A DNA stretch of 64,000 bases, from NCBI GenBank assembly GCA_964016885.1, contig OZ024758.1:5890001-5954000 (forward strand), written 5' to 3'. Every line of letters begins with the position of its first letter. Within the stretch, counting starts at the first letter, position 1. The stretch comes from Eledone cirrhosa. Lineage: Eukaryota. Positions 13,547 through 26,950 of this stretch are shown piece by piece. The position numbers were made by a program, and so were the translations under genes. The notes below the pieces were generated by a model. The model saw only the letters and a list, made by a program, of their open reading frames with translations. It was not told where the DNA came from and made no database searches.

Positions 13547-13905
13547 ACTATATACCTTTTAATGAACCAAACAGAGGTGAAAGACAAAGTTGACCTCAAC
13601 GAGATTTGAACCTAGAATGTAAAGAGTTGTTCAAGAAACAAAGTGCTAACAACCTTTATAATGTCAATATCCTTTCTGTATCCCTAACCTGACAGTGTCT
13701 TTCTTGTTGGTAGTGGTGCTCCTTTCAGAGACAGAGTTGGATGAAAGATGTGGATGAGGGTGGAGAGAGGACGTCATAAGTGTCGGAGTTAAAACGGCTG
13801 GCAAATACTTCAAAGGTGGTGTAACTCCCCCCATAAATATAAATGTCTGTTGTACCACGCCTCTCTTGAAAAACCTGCCAAGCGATATCTGTAATGTTAT
13901 ATATA

Positions 13906-13985
13906 CAGGGTGTCTCCCCCAAAAATGTATATACACTTTTATTAGAATGCTGTTGAAGTATATATACATTTTTGGGGACACCCTG
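13906..13985. mobile_element. 80-bp Tc1/mariner-type mini-MITE (almost entirely TIR)
   Basis: TA-CAGGGTGTC..CCCAAAAATGTATATA...TATATACATTTTTGGGGACACCCTG-TA. Confidence 0.85.
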
Positions 13986-14011
13986 TATATATATATATAT
14001 ATATATATATA

Positions 14012-14315
14012 TTAATTCAAAATATTAACAAATATAGACATTCATGTAATCAAGTATATTTTATTATACATATTTCAGAGGTACTGAGCTATTTTCAACA
14101 TCCTCATCAGATAAAATAAGTTGATGCTTGACATACCTTGACTATGTTGATGGTTAAAATTCAGTCATGGCAGTGAATTAGTTGATACATGAATGTCTAT
14201 ATTTGTTAATATTTTGAATTAATATTAATAACTCCGGAAAACCATAACTGTGGAGTGCTTCTAATCTATTGTGAAACTTTATTCATTGATTTATTCATTG
14301 AACCTTGTTTAACCA

Positions 14316-14320
<5 letters not shown>
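14012..14320. mobile_element. Penelope-like remnant with inverted duplication and minus-strand hammerhead core (14060-14116), flanked by (TA)n
   Basis: About 35-bp inverted arms (ttaattcaaaatattaacaaatatagacattcatgta and its reverse complement); ttttat-CTGATGA...GAAA-tat-GTA-taataaaa on minus strand. Confidence 0.55.
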
Positions 14321-14410
<90 letters not shown>

Positions 14411-14527
14411 GAACACTGGAATATAATATCCGTAGTGGTAGTAGAGCACTCAGTCCTTGGGACGAGTTAGAGGATCCGCTAAGGTGAAACAATTGTTCTC
14501 GGTATGGTGAACTAACTGTTGTGTTAC

Positions 14528-14603
<76 letters not shown>

Positions 14604-14611
14604 CTAAGTAT

Positions 14612-14780
14612 GTATTTAAATCTCGGGTTCAATCGGGGGTAACCACAGTAAGTAAGGTACTCAATACATAGTAGAGTATATACAATATTTAATATAGAAA
14701 TGGCTTCTACAGGACTAGAATTGTTTCATCCGAAAAAAATCACAAAGAAAGCTTTCCTGATGATTTCCTTCAAATGAAAA
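14612..14780 (-). mobile_element. Copy of a third (TA)n-associated family with partial inverted duplication and degenerate hammerhead core
   Basis: Homologous to 15515-15670 and 39717-39890 (atggcttctacaggactaga...; gtattgagtaccttact...gattgaaccc). Confidence 0.55.
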
Positions 14781-15392
14781 GAAACAATCTCTTCATTGGC
14801 AGGTCAGTGACCTGAGCTGAATCAGTAGATGTAATTGTAATGTCGACATTACTTACCCTATCTTTCTGTGTCCAGTAAATACTGTCAAGTTCCAGAATAG
14901 CTTTCCTAACTGCTATCACTATGGTAATGTCTGACCACGAAGCTGAGTTCAAACTTAGAGCTCATCCTCTCAGTACAATGTCAGACCAATCAGCGACATT
15001 ATGGGAATCTTCGTCCAGTATTAGACATCATCAAAGAGCGTAAATAAACATGATAATGCTATATTGATACTTCGTTCCCGTTTCTTCTTCTTATTATTAT
15101 TATTGTTGATGTTATAAACACTCTGCTTATTAAATGATACCGACTACGGTGTAATACCAAACGTAGACTACCACACCGGCAACCGGTGCCATTTTGGCAT
15201 TGAGTCCACAAAATATTACACACCGAGACATGTGACAACAGTTTAGATGGGATCACCCATGTAAACTTGAAGAAGTATCGATTAAGAGTCGGGATCCGAT
15301 CGCATGACCAAACCCGAACTGATCGATATGGAAACAATTATAATATGAAATAAAGTTTACAAAAACCTGCAATTCTTATTGTCACTTTATAT

Positions 15393-15423
<31 letters not shown>

Positions 15424-15433
15424 GGTGTGTGTG

Positions 15434-15476
<43 letters not shown>

Positions 15477-15514
15477 ATACATGAATGTGTGTGTGTGTGT
15501 GTGTGTGTGTGTTT

Positions 15515-15666
15515 GTCCCGAGTTCAATCGGGAGTAACCACATTTAGTAAGGTACTCAATATATTACTAGAGTGTAAACATTTAATATAGAAATGGCTTC
15601 TACAGGACTAGAACGGTTTCATTCGAAAGAAATCATCAGGAATGAAACAGTTCTAGTCCTGCAGAA

Positions 15667-15670
<4 letters not shown>
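15515..15670 (-). mobile_element. Same family; palindromic end with CTGATGA-tttc tttc gaat-GAAAC...GTC (15606-15639, -)
   Basis: About 30-bp inverted arms within 15593-15670; ATTAAA downstream; microsatellite flanks. Confidence 0.6.
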
Positions 15671-15698
<28 letters not shown>

Positions 15699-15701
<3 letters not shown>

Positions 15702-16686
15702 TGATGGATTGGCCAGATTGCCAGCTTGCCCAATGGCAAGTGGGCTCCAGGGGGCCCTTGGTAACATTGCAAGAGCCCACAGTAGCATTGCATTGCCCAC
15801 TGTACATTTATATACTTACATACGAACTACTGATCAAATAATATTTGGTATCAATGGGTTAAAAACATCTGTCAAATCAATTAGTAGTGAAGGTGGTAAC
15901 ACTAAGAAAACCATGAACGATACCACAAAACTTTGTTTTGAACATTTTAATAGTAGGTTTATAAGTATGAATTTTGATAACATTTACGTAGTTGTCTCTG
16001 TGGCCTAGCGGTAGATACTAGAGACGGTGGAGATCCTGGTCTTGGGTTCAATCCTGGTCAAGAGGTACATGTAATCTTTTTCAGTTTTTATTTTAAAACC
16101 AATAGAAAAAGACTGAAAAGGTTTACCGGAAACTCTACACCCGATCAGGATCGAACTTCAGACAAGAATCACCACCGTCTCTGATTCAACCAATTCGGCC
16201 ACCGAGACATCTACGAAAGTATAAAGATAATTGATAATTATAAACCTACTTTCGTAATACAAGTAGCGTGGTTCACGGATTTCCTAGAGCTATTAGTAAT
16301 ATTTAGGGCTAACTTCTGGTCATCATGGATTGGCAGTATCGGTAGAGGGTCGGACGCCATGATTTGCGGCAAAGAGTTACGGCCCTTTATGGTCTGAGTT
16401 CAAATCCCGCCAAGGTTAACTTTGCCTTTCATCCTTACAGGGTAAGTACCAGTAATGCACTGGATAATTGCTGGCCTTGTGCCAAAAGTAGAAACAATTA
16501 TTGAAAGTGTCTGGATTTCGCGAAACACAATATTTTTTGGGGGAGAAGGGAAGATATTTTTCCGCAAAAATTTGATTGCACTGTTTTGTTTCCACTAATG
16601 TTATTTATTCATTATGATAGCATTCTATATGTAGGTGTGTCCCCTTCATCTGGCAACCCAATATTTTTAGACCCAGTCCGCCACTG
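15699..16686. mobile_element. Probable hAT-like non-autonomous element of about 990 bp with nested insertions
   Basis: Left end CAGTGATGGATTGG versus reverse complement of right end CAGTGGCGGACTGG; TA-repeat flanks. Confidence 0.45.
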
Positions 16687-16749
16687 TATATACATATATA
16701 TTCACACACACTCACACACAAACACACACACACACATATATATATACAC

Positions 16750-16791
<42 letters not shown>

Positions 16792-16936
16792 GTGTGTGTG
16801 TGTGTGTGTGTATGAAATATCCGAATCTTTGAAGGCCCATTTATTTCCTATTACATTTAATAGGTTAAACTAAAAACCTTCACCGTACTATGTTCACAGT
16901 GTGTTAGTATTTTACTAGTTCCTGACCCTGCACTGT

Positions 16937-16981
<45 letters not shown>

Positions 16982-17894
16982 CATTTATGAAAATAGAGAA
17001 GAAGAAGAAGAAGAAGAAGAAGAAGAAGCAATAGTATAATTATCAGCCCACCCTACTTTACGATGACGGTGCAATCAAATGACAACGTTAACTAGAAACT
17101 CATCGATCCGTGTTGACGGAGAGCTTGACACTACTACTTCTAGAAGTTTCAATATTTTCCTTCTTCTTGTTTTTGTTGTTGTTGTTGTCGTTGTTTCATT
17201 TTATAGAATTACAAACCAACTAACCTAACCCTTGTCCTAAAATGACCTGACTAGGTTATATAAAACGTAGTCCTGTTCATCCTCTCACAAAAAGTACACG
17301 GTATCATTTCGTTCCTGCAATGTAAAATGAAACTTGATAAAAAAGCATCGATTTCTTTAGAGGTGAAGTTTAATCCACTGCGAGAGTACGATGTCGCCCC
17401 TGTAAAGCTGGAATATAAACAGATATTGTACTGAGAGAATGGACTCTGGTGTTTGATCTCAGCTTCGAGGTCGGATAGATATGTTTTAAAGGTGTGTGAT
17501 AGGTTACACAGAGGTTTCGTCTTTTAGGCTGAAGTTTACTTCAAGAGCAGCCACAGAAACACTGCATCAAGTTACCAGATGACACAACAACTTGTAAAGC
17601 ATACACACAGATATATATACTACATATGTGTATGTATGTGTGTGCGTGAGAGAGGTAGAAAGACCAACAGACGGGCAGGCAGACTGATAGAGTGGGTATG
17701 CAAATGAGAAGAAAAGATACAACAGAGTAGATGAAACATTGAATTCTCTCGTACCCCAAGACTTAATTTGTTGTTGTTATTGCTACTGTTGTTATTGCTG
17801 TTATTGATGATGATGATGTTGTTTTTGCCGTTGTTGTTGTTGTTGATGATGATGATGGAGCTGTTGTTGTTGCTGTTGTTGTTGTTGTTGTTGC

Positions 17895-17928
<34 letters not shown>

Positions 17929-18479
17929 GCTGATGTTAATGATGAAGTTGTTGTTTTAAGCTATGATCGTCAGAAATTGAGCAAACCTACGACCAAATAC
18001 GTTTCAGCGAGTCGAACCATTTCGTAGAGACAAACTCTTAACCTTCTTAAACTTCTGAGACCAACCCATAGACACACCTTCCATTATTTCCTTTATAAGG
18101 GGTCGATAAAATAAATTACCAGTAATGCACTGGGTAATTGCTGGCCTTGTGCCAAAAGTAGAAACAATTATTTCCTTTGTAAGGGCGGTGGATTGGCAGT
18201 ATCGGTAGAGGGTTGGACGCCATGCTTTCTGGCATAGTTACGTCCCTTTACGGTCTGAGTTCAAATCCCGTCGAGGTTAACTTTGCCTTTCATCCTTACA
18301 GGGTCGATAAAATAAAGTACCAGTAATGTACTGGGGTAATTGCTGTCCTTGTGCCAAAAGTAGAAATAAATTATTTCCTTTGTAGCCCCTACATGACCAC
18401 TTTTCAGTGTATGTGTGTATACGCATATGTGTATATATCTATATATCTATGTGTATATATATATATATATGTATATATG

Positions 18480-19089
18480 TCAGGTCACCAGTTGGTGCTA
18501 CTGGTAACATGTATCCCAGTACAACCTGTCTCATGGTCGGGTCGTTGGCGACTAAACTGGCAACCCCACCAAGGTTGCTTGGTGAGGAGGGTGACTTTGG
18601 ACATCCTGCAGGACTAAAAACAAAACCTGTCAAAGGGCAAAGGAGCTCTTAAGAGTCAATGGCCATCCAAAATCACCGGGAGAGATGACCCCTTAGCCTT
18701 TGTCAAGGCAGAATTCTAGGAGAAGGAAAACTCTGATATAACACCTGCAACTCTGATGGTATCCAATGATGTTGACTTGTTCTTCTTTTTGGTAAATATC
18801 ATCTTGGTTAACAGAGTGGGACTGGCTTTGTGCAGTGCCTTTGCTCACTATAAAAGCTTCACGGCACAGGCATTGCTTTATATCTGGAGATCTCTCTGCA
18901 CTTGTCGTGACATGGTACCATGGGCCCAGCACTATGTGTCAATAATTGTCACAAGTGTAGTGTTTGTACCCGAGTTTTCAAGTCGCTGGCTGGACTGTAA
19001 AGTCACACTCGTTTAGCGCATCAGTAGGGGTTCTCCTACATGGATATAAAGTAGTGGCCGTACTCGAAAACGAGTTGGCAGCCACCATA
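18480..19089 (+). mobile_element. Non-autonomous bipartite RTE derivative (5' UTR joined to the ORF end with a C2H2 zinc-finger remnant)
   Basis: 3' part reads [21 protein letters not shown] (C-x2-C...H-x4-H, as at the C-terminus of some RTE ORFs); near-identical 5'-truncated copy at 2757-3066 (-); diverged relative at 7845-8305; inserted in TA/TG repeats. Confidence 0.7.
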
Positions 19090-19101
19090 TGTATATATAT
19101 G

Positions 19102-19155
<54 letters not shown>

Positions 19156-19439
19156 TGTGTGTCTGTGTCTGTGTGTCTGTGTGTGTGTGAGAGTGTGTGT
19201 GTGTGTGTAAACACCAATACTTCAAATTAGCGAATTATATCTGCTCCACTTTCTCACTTCACCATAAAAAAAATTAGTCATGCGTGAAAATTAAAATATT
19301 TTTTATGGAAATAAATTGTTTAAATTTTTGAAATTTGCACTTATTTAAAATACAGAATTGCTGAAATGTCTTTAAAAATATAGGAAAACATTTAAAGAAA
19401 ATTACATGTAATTCAATCAAAAATTATACGCATGTATGT

Positions 19440-19790
19440 ATAAAAATACTCCGGGGATTGTCAGGCCGCTTCCTCTTCGTACGAGTCACCGTCGAGACCT
19501 CAGGCGTACTTGGACTCCGTACTGCCGTGCTCCTCCACAAGATTGGTTAGCAGCCTGTCTGAGGAAGGAGCCTCGCGAGGTGGGGTGTCTATTGCAGCGG
19601 GTGCCGCTGGCCATTGTCCGCGGAAATGATTTTGCGGTCTTGTACGCGGGGCACAGCCTCAACACCACCGTGCCCTAAGCCTAGGGTCTATCAACCTCCC
19701 ACTCCCCCCCTCCCATTCTTCTGTGACCCTTGACCTCTTGCCCTTCCCTTCATTTTCCGTTTTCAAATATTTGTAGTGTTGTTATTATTT
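19440..19790 (+). mobile_element. Second CRE-like endonuclease C-terminal fragment with 3' UTR
   Basis: RFLFVRVTVETSGVLGLRTAVLLHKIG* then, after a frameshift, EPREVGCLLQRVPLAIVRGNDFAVL. Confidence 0.75.
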
Positions 19791-19958
19791 GGATTGGCAG
19801 TATCGGTTGAGGGTCGTATCCAAGGGTCGGACGCCATGCTTTGACGCATAGAGTTACGGCCCTTGCCATTCTGAGTTCAAATCCCGCTGAGGTCAACTTT
19901 GCCTTTCATCCATACTTGGTTGATAAAAAAAAGTACCAGTGAAGTACTGCATCGATTC

Positions 19959-19996
<38 letters not shown>

Positions 19997-20384
19997 CCCC
20001 CCTCTCTCTCTATCCTTCTTTAGAAGAAATCTTCTGTATTCTGACCTGGAGAGGAGATGGGCTCCACCAGGTTTTAAAAAAATCCCCTAAGAAACGCTGT
20101 ATGTCAATATGGCGCCCCTACGATTCCTGAGGAGTTACGGGTCCATACCATAGCATAGGAAATAATTGTTTCTACTTTTTGCACAAGGCCAGCAATTACG
20201 CCAGTGCATTACTGGTACTTTATTTTATCGACCCTGTAAGGATGAAAGGCAAGGTTAACCTCGCCGAGACTAGAACTCAGAGTGTAAAGGGCCATAACTC
20301 TATGCGTCAAAGCATGGTGTCAGACTCTCTACCGATACTGCCAATCCATCATCCTTAAATATATATATGTACCATACGAAATAA

Positions 20385-20500
20385 TTGTTTCTACTTTTGG
20401 CACAAGGCTAGCAATTACCCCAGTGTATTACTGGTACTTTATTTTATCGACCCCGTAAGGATGAAAGGCAAAGTCAACCTCGGCGGGATTTGAACTCAGG
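20385..20500 (-). mobile_element. 5'-truncated Deu/Nin-type SINE with perfect 20-bp TSD
   Basis: atatgtaccatacgaaataa at 20365-20384 and 20501-20520. Confidence 0.9.
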
Positions 20501-20799
20501 ATATGTACCATACGAAATAATGGCTGATGATTTCTTTCAGTAGTTTTTATCAAAAAATATTAACACGGACGGACTTAACTGTTAGTTTCGCTGCAGATGG
20601 CGGGTCTGAGTTGAACTTGGAAGTAATAGATGATGTGTCTACAATATATATTATTTGTTTATTTTTACAGCCATGACCCCTTGGTCCCTTAATTGTGAAC
20701 CTACTTGTACAGAGTGATCATGACAATTTCTTACAGCTGACGTTTCTGATGGAATTAAATTTCGTTTACACATGTTATATGTATCATATATTACTCGTT

Positions 20800-21515
<716 letters not shown>

Positions 21516-21959
21516 GGTGAAGCATCTTTCTTTACTGTCTGGTGGATCTAGGGAGTGTTCTTTATACAGAGTATCTAGACATCTGCGACACCAGCACACT
21601 ACAGACTCCTTCGCTATCAGAACCAACAAAGGAACTTCTGTGTTGTCGCTTGATCTGCTGCTATAACTTAGCTTTACTCTGTTGCTTTAACAACATGATA
21701 GACACATTAGATAATTGTTTCAAGTTTTGGCACAAGGCCAGCAATTACCCCAGTGCATTACTGGTACTTTATTTTATCGACCCCCGTAAAGGATGAAAGG
21801 CAAAGTTAACTTCGGTGCGATTTGAACTCAGACCGTAAAGGACTGTAACTCTATGCTGCAAAGCATAGCATCCGACCCTCTACCGATACTGTCAATCCTC
21901 ATTGCATAATGTAGCACTATATCTTCTTCTTCTTCTTCTTCTTCTTCTTCTTCTTCTTC

Positions 21960-22400
21960 CTGAGAATGTCGTGGCGACAGAGTCCTAAAGCAGTCCTTCC
22001 AGGGGGTCCTGTCAGAAGCAACTATCTCCAACTGATCCTCAAGCGAGATCAACCAAGATGGTTGGATGTTATCCAACCATCTTACTCGGGGTCTACCTTT
22101 GAGTCTCCTGTCGGTTGGATTTACTCGTAAAAATCTGTCCAGCAATTCAATCCTGAGACATTCTTACCACATGTCCACCACAGTATCGAAGCTGTGCTCT
22201 CTCAATTTGGAGAAGTAGTGGCACTACCTGGAGTGACTCTCCAGTGAGTCTTTCCTGAGTCAAGACATTCTTACCACATGTCCATAGTATCGGAACTGTG
22301 ATCTCTCAATTTGGAGAAGTAGAGGCTCTACCTGGAGTGACTCTCTGATCTGTCCAGCGATTCTTTCCTGAGACATTCTAAGCACATGTCATGATATCGG
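21960..22400 (-). mobile_element. Second RTE-type LINE 3' end with internal duplications and (GAA)n tail
   Basis: RRLKGRPRVRWLDNI...DRTPWK; homologous to 26492-26950. Confidence 0.75.
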
Positions 22401-22801
22401 AGAGAACTTCTTAACCACTCAGCCATGCTCACAAAGCTTGGGACGACGACCCCCCCCCCCCCCCGAGACTATTGTAAAGACACTTGCCCAAGATACCAGA
22501 CAACGGGCTCGAACCCCGGAACCTCATGATACCGGAGCGAACATCTTAACCATTCAGCCATTGTCATGTCTTGATAAGTTGAATGTCACTGCACTCACAT
22601 ATAGCTTGGGCCAACCCTTCTGAAGCTATAGTAAAGACACTCGCCTAAGATGCCAAGCAGCAGGATCGAACCCCGGGACCTCCTGACAGTCAAGCGAACA
22701 TCTTAACCACTCAGCTATGTTTGTGTCTTGTTAACTTCAATGTCGCTACACTTCACACAGATAATATATTAAACTGACTTCCTAAACATGTCATGACTTA
22801 C

Positions 22802-22859
22802 GTGTGGTATTTTGGAGTTGCGGAAGGCTGCTGACTAAATTGGCTTTTTCAGCAATCAT
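22802..22859 (-). pseudogene. Candidate first coding exon MIAEKANLVSSLPQLQNTT
   Basis: ATG preceded by an in-frame stop and followed by a C|GTAAGT donor (phase 1). Confidence 0.2.
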
Positions 22860-22877
22860 AATTCTGTTAGTTTATAT

Positions 22878-22888
22878 TGCTGCTGCTG

Positions 22889-22920
<32 letters not shown>

Positions 22921-23344
22921 GGTGGTGGTGGTGGTGTTGTTGTTGTTGTTGTTGTGTTGTTGTTGTTGTTGTTGGTGTTGGTGTTGTTGTTGTTGGTGTT
23001 GTTGTTGTTGGTGTTGTTGTTGTTGGTGGTGGTGGTGGTGGTGTTGTTGTTGATGTTGATGTTATTGTTGTTATGTTGTTGTTGTTGTTGGTGTTGTTGG
23101 TGGTGGTGGTGTTGTTGTTGTTGATGTTGGTGTTGTTATTGTTGTTGTTGTTGTTGTTGTGTTGTTGTTGTTGTTGGTGTTGGTGTTGTTGTTGTTGGTG
23201 TTGTTGGTGTTGTTGTTGTTGGTGGTGGTGGTGGTGGTGGTGTTGTTGTTGATGTTGATGTTATTATTGTTATGTTGTTGTTGTTGTTGGTGTTGTTGGT
23301 GGTGGTGGTGGTGGTGTTGGTGGTGGTGGTGGTGGTGGTGGTGG

Positions 23345-23396
<52 letters not shown>

Positions 23397-23538
23397 GGTG
23401 TTGTTGTTGTTGATGTTATTGTTGTTATGTTGTTGTTGTTGTTGGTGTTGTTGTTGGTGGTGGTGGTGGTGTTGTTGTTGATGTTATTGTTGTTATGTTG
23501 TTGTTGTTGTTGGTAGTGTTGCTGTTGTTGTTGTTGGT
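22878..23538. repeat. Compound (GTT)n/(GGT)n trinucleotide array with higher-order duplicated blocks
   Basis: Block ttgatgttattgttgttatgttg recurs four times. Confidence 0.95.
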
Positions 23539-24119
23539 ATATTTATAGAAATCCCCATCCAAATAAAAGGGAGACATTTTCGGAAGTCAGTCAAAGAGTA
23601 AATGTAACAAATCTAGTCTAGAGTATAAATAGGGGGGGGGGGGGCTATTTTAAATTATTTATGTCTCATTTAATGTGTGTGTGTGTGTGTGTGCGTGCGG
23701 AGGGAGGGTATGTGTGTGTGTGTGGGGGGGGGGTCGTGTGTGTGTGTGTGTGGGACTGTATAAATAGCATGTTATACTTATTCATTTATTTGATTCGGTA
23801 TTTATATATATATATGTATAAATGTATGTATATATATATAAATGTGTATGTGACTGTGTATATATGTGTGTATATATATAAATGTGTGCGTGAGTGTGTA
23901 AGTGTGTGTATGTGTGTATGTATACAGATATATACATATAAGTGTGTGTATGTATATATATATATATCTGTATATATGAATGTGTTTGTGTGTGTGTGTG
24001 AGTGTATATATATATATATATATATATAAATGTGTGTGTGTGTATCTGTATATATATATATGTGTGTGTTTGTGTGTTGTTGTTGTTTTACATAAATAAT
24101 CCTAAGTCCTATAATTAAT

Positions 24120-24304
24120 TGTTTCTACTTTTGGCACAAGGCCAGCAATTACCTAGTGCATTACTGGTACTTTATTTTATCGACCGCCGTAAGGATGAAA
24201 GGCAAAGTTAACCTCGGTGGGGTTTGAACTCAGACCGTAAAGGGCCATAACTCTATGCTTCGAAGCATAGCGTCCGACCCTCTACCGATACTGCCAATCC
24301 ACCG
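24120..24304 (-). mobile_element. Full-length tRNA-derived SINE with Deu/Nin-type core and 19-bp target-site duplication; representative of more than 20 copies (e.g. 25-245, 2350-2532, 7528-7730, 10075-10270, 10858-11040, 16325-16500, 18182-18370, 20163-20352, 21712-21900, 48220-48420, 56516-56738)
   Basis: A/B boxes (tggcagtatcgg, gagttcaaa), core gcctttcatcc...gtcgataaaataaagtaccag; TSD cctaagtcctataattaat at 24101 and 24305. Confidence 0.9.
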
Positions 24305-24519
24305 CCTAAGTCCTATAATTAATGGTGTTTCAGCTAGAAATATCTCCAGTGTCGACAGGAGACAATGACCCAACCATGAGCTAATCACTAAAACAATGCT
24401 TTTATTTTTCTATTTTTTGTTTTTAGAAAAGGGAAGGAAAGGAGCCGAACCTCAGTTCGGGCCGAAGGAAATGTTTTTTTACATTTGTCTTTTCATTCTA
24501 AAAAAATGTCTAAAATCTG

Positions 24520-24790
24520 TCTCGAGCCTGGGGGTTCCTCGGGCCGGTGCTTGTCCCTGTTTCTGTGGTGTTAAGCGACTGAAAGTAAAGACTCCCCCTG
24601 GATAGGACGCCAGTCCATCGCAGGGTTAAACCCCCAGCTATTGCTGCTACTCATTTTCAGCTGAGTATACTGGAGCAACGTGAAATGAAATGTTTTGCTT
24701 AAGAACACAACACACAGTCCAGTTTCAGGAATCGAACTCACGACATTATGATGGCAAGGTCAACACCCTTACCACTAGGCCACACGCTGA
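24520..24790 (-). mobile_element. tRNA-derived CORE/Meta-type SINE (further copies at 42405-42680 +, 61935-62222 +, 29440-29600 -)
   Basis: tggcctagtgg A box, gttcgattcc B box, tgtgttcttgagcaa(a)acact core, accctgcgatggactggc 3' block. Confidence 0.85.
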
Positions 24791-25816
24791 TACTATATGC
24801 CAACTCGGTCCTGGAGGAGATGGGAACAAAGAGACAGATGGTCGCGACCATAAGGAAGCAAATACTACAGTAATTTGGCTATGTCATCAGGGGCCCAAAA
24901 CCTCTGCACCCACATCCCGGAGGGACGCATTGATGGCAGAAGATCGAGAGGAAGACACTGGAGTGATGACATTAGATAATGGACGGAAAGAACGCCGACG
25001 GAGTACATGGTGATGGTGAGAGAGAAGAGCCAGTAGATAGCACTGGTACAATTATCCATGGTCCCCCAACCCTCAGTAATGAGGATGGGAAATGAAGCCA
25101 AGAGATGCAAAGTTCCATTAACACTTAACACTCTTTACCACATAGAGACTGTAACAACAAAAGCTATAACTAAAGTTACACTTACTTCTCCTTCAAGGCT
25201 GCTTCAATCGACTTAGTCACCGTATAAGCCGCCTCTTCCGTATAAGTCTTCTATTTCCAGTACAATATGACTACTATTGGGAGTAACTCTTTCTATGATT
25301 CACAACAGTTTTCGTAGCCACTTCCAGCTTTCTCTTTGCAAAGTTTTGATAAAGAAAGAACTATCTGCCGGTCCCTACTCCTACCAAAAGAGTCGAGTTT
25401 TAGATCCAGAACGTACAGAGCCAGATCAGACACCGGAATACAATCCACCGCTCTTTCCATAACCCACCCTTCGCCTTTTAACTGCTCTCCATGAATTCTA
25501 AAAATATAAAAAAAAAGTTTAGAATGTTTTTGATAGTAGTGTTGGTGTGTGTGACAGACAGACACAATTGCTGTACAATTATTATAATAGAGATTTAATG
25601 TCTGTTTTGTTATTGTTGTTTTTTCAGTCTGAAAACTTTTTCATGTCATAACTTGAACCGGGGGTTTTACAGGTATAAAAAGTGAAATAAATAAAATAGA
25701 AAATAAAAATAAAAGAGAGAACCTATCACTATCCTGTGTTCACCTGATATCTTACGATGAGTGATTAAATCTTTACTTGTCACCAAAACTTGATAAACAT
25801 TATAAAACATGAGATA

Positions 25817-25858
<42 letters not shown>

Positions 25859-25919
25859 CACATTCAAAAAGTGTGAATTGAAGGAAGAAATTTGAAACTG
25901 TAAAGTATAGACACAGACA

Positions 25920-26122
25920 TGGTTGTCTGGTTAAGAAGTTTCCTTCATAACACCAACTAGTTTCCTGTGAGATCTCACTGTAAAGTAGTTACAGACCCCA
26001 CATGGGTGTCTCGTTAAGAAGTTCTCTTCACAATACCAACTAGTTTCCTGTGAGATTTCTTGTGGTTGTCTCGTTAGGAAGCTCTCTTCACAACACCACC
26101 TAGCTTCCTGTGAGATCTCAAC
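25920..26122 (+). repeat. Three tandem copies of a unit of about 60-80 bp
   Basis: gtctcgttaagaag...caccaactagtttcctgtgagat repeated three times. Confidence 0.8.
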
Positions 26123-26491
26123 CGTCGGGCACTTGTATTCCAGTCATAACCATCACGTCTCAAATCCCGTCGAGGTTAACTTTGCCTTTTATCCTTACAG
26201 GGTCGATAAAATAAAGTACCAGTAATACACTGGGTATTGATGGCCTTGTGCCAAAAGTAGAAACAATTATCATAGACAACACAGTCCAATGTGTTTACAT
26301 CCTATTTCTATATAGTAGAATGTGATTTGAGAGTATTTGACCGCCATATCTAGCAAGACTAGCGATGTGTAGTGTTCAGGTTGGTTACTTTCGTAGTGTA
26401 TAACAACTCTTGGTCAAACACTTCTTTGTCAGTCTTTTCTGATCATTCGTAACTGACATCCTTAATACGTTCTTCTTCTCCCATTTATTTC

Positions 26492-26950
26492 TAGGAGGGC
26501 CGTGGGGCCAGAGACCTCAAGCCCGCCTTCCAGCAGATCTTGTCAGAAGCAACCGAGGGCCGTGGGGTCAGAGACCTCAAGCCCGCCTTCCAGCAGATCC
26601 TGTCAGAAGCAACCGAGGGCCATGGGGTCAGAGTCCTCCAACATTCCTTCCAGCAGATCCTGTCAGAAGCAACTGTCTCCAATTGATCCAGGTGAGACCA
26701 GCCAAGCTCATGGATGTTATCCAACCATCTTGCTCGGGGTCTACCCCTGAGTCTCCTGCCGGTTGGTTTTACTCGTAAAATCTGCCCAGTGATGTTTTTT
26801 TTTTCCTGAGACATTTTAATTATCTGTCAGTAGCGTTGAAGCTGTGATCTCTCATTTCGGAGAAGTAGCGGCTCTACCTGGAGTGAATCTCTGATCTCCG
26901 AGTTACGCACTCTATCACGTAACGTTAATTTTGCTAAACTTGTCTAATAA
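26492..26950 (-). mobile_element. RTE-type LINE 3' end with a 60-bp unit triplicated (26500-26680)
   Basis: RRLRGRPRARWLDNI; repeats of ccttccagcagatc(c/t)tgtcagaagcaac at 60-bp spacing. Confidence 0.8.

Noticed and set aside
14770-15337. Possible Penelope GIY-YIG endonuclease remnant (WSDITIV...RKAILELDSIY, PTLNR)
   Set aside because: Resemblance is too short to support, and the segment has other possible explanations
18900-19025. Host C2H2 zinc-finger gene
   Set aside because: Single finger with a stop codon inside a multi-copy retroelement remnant
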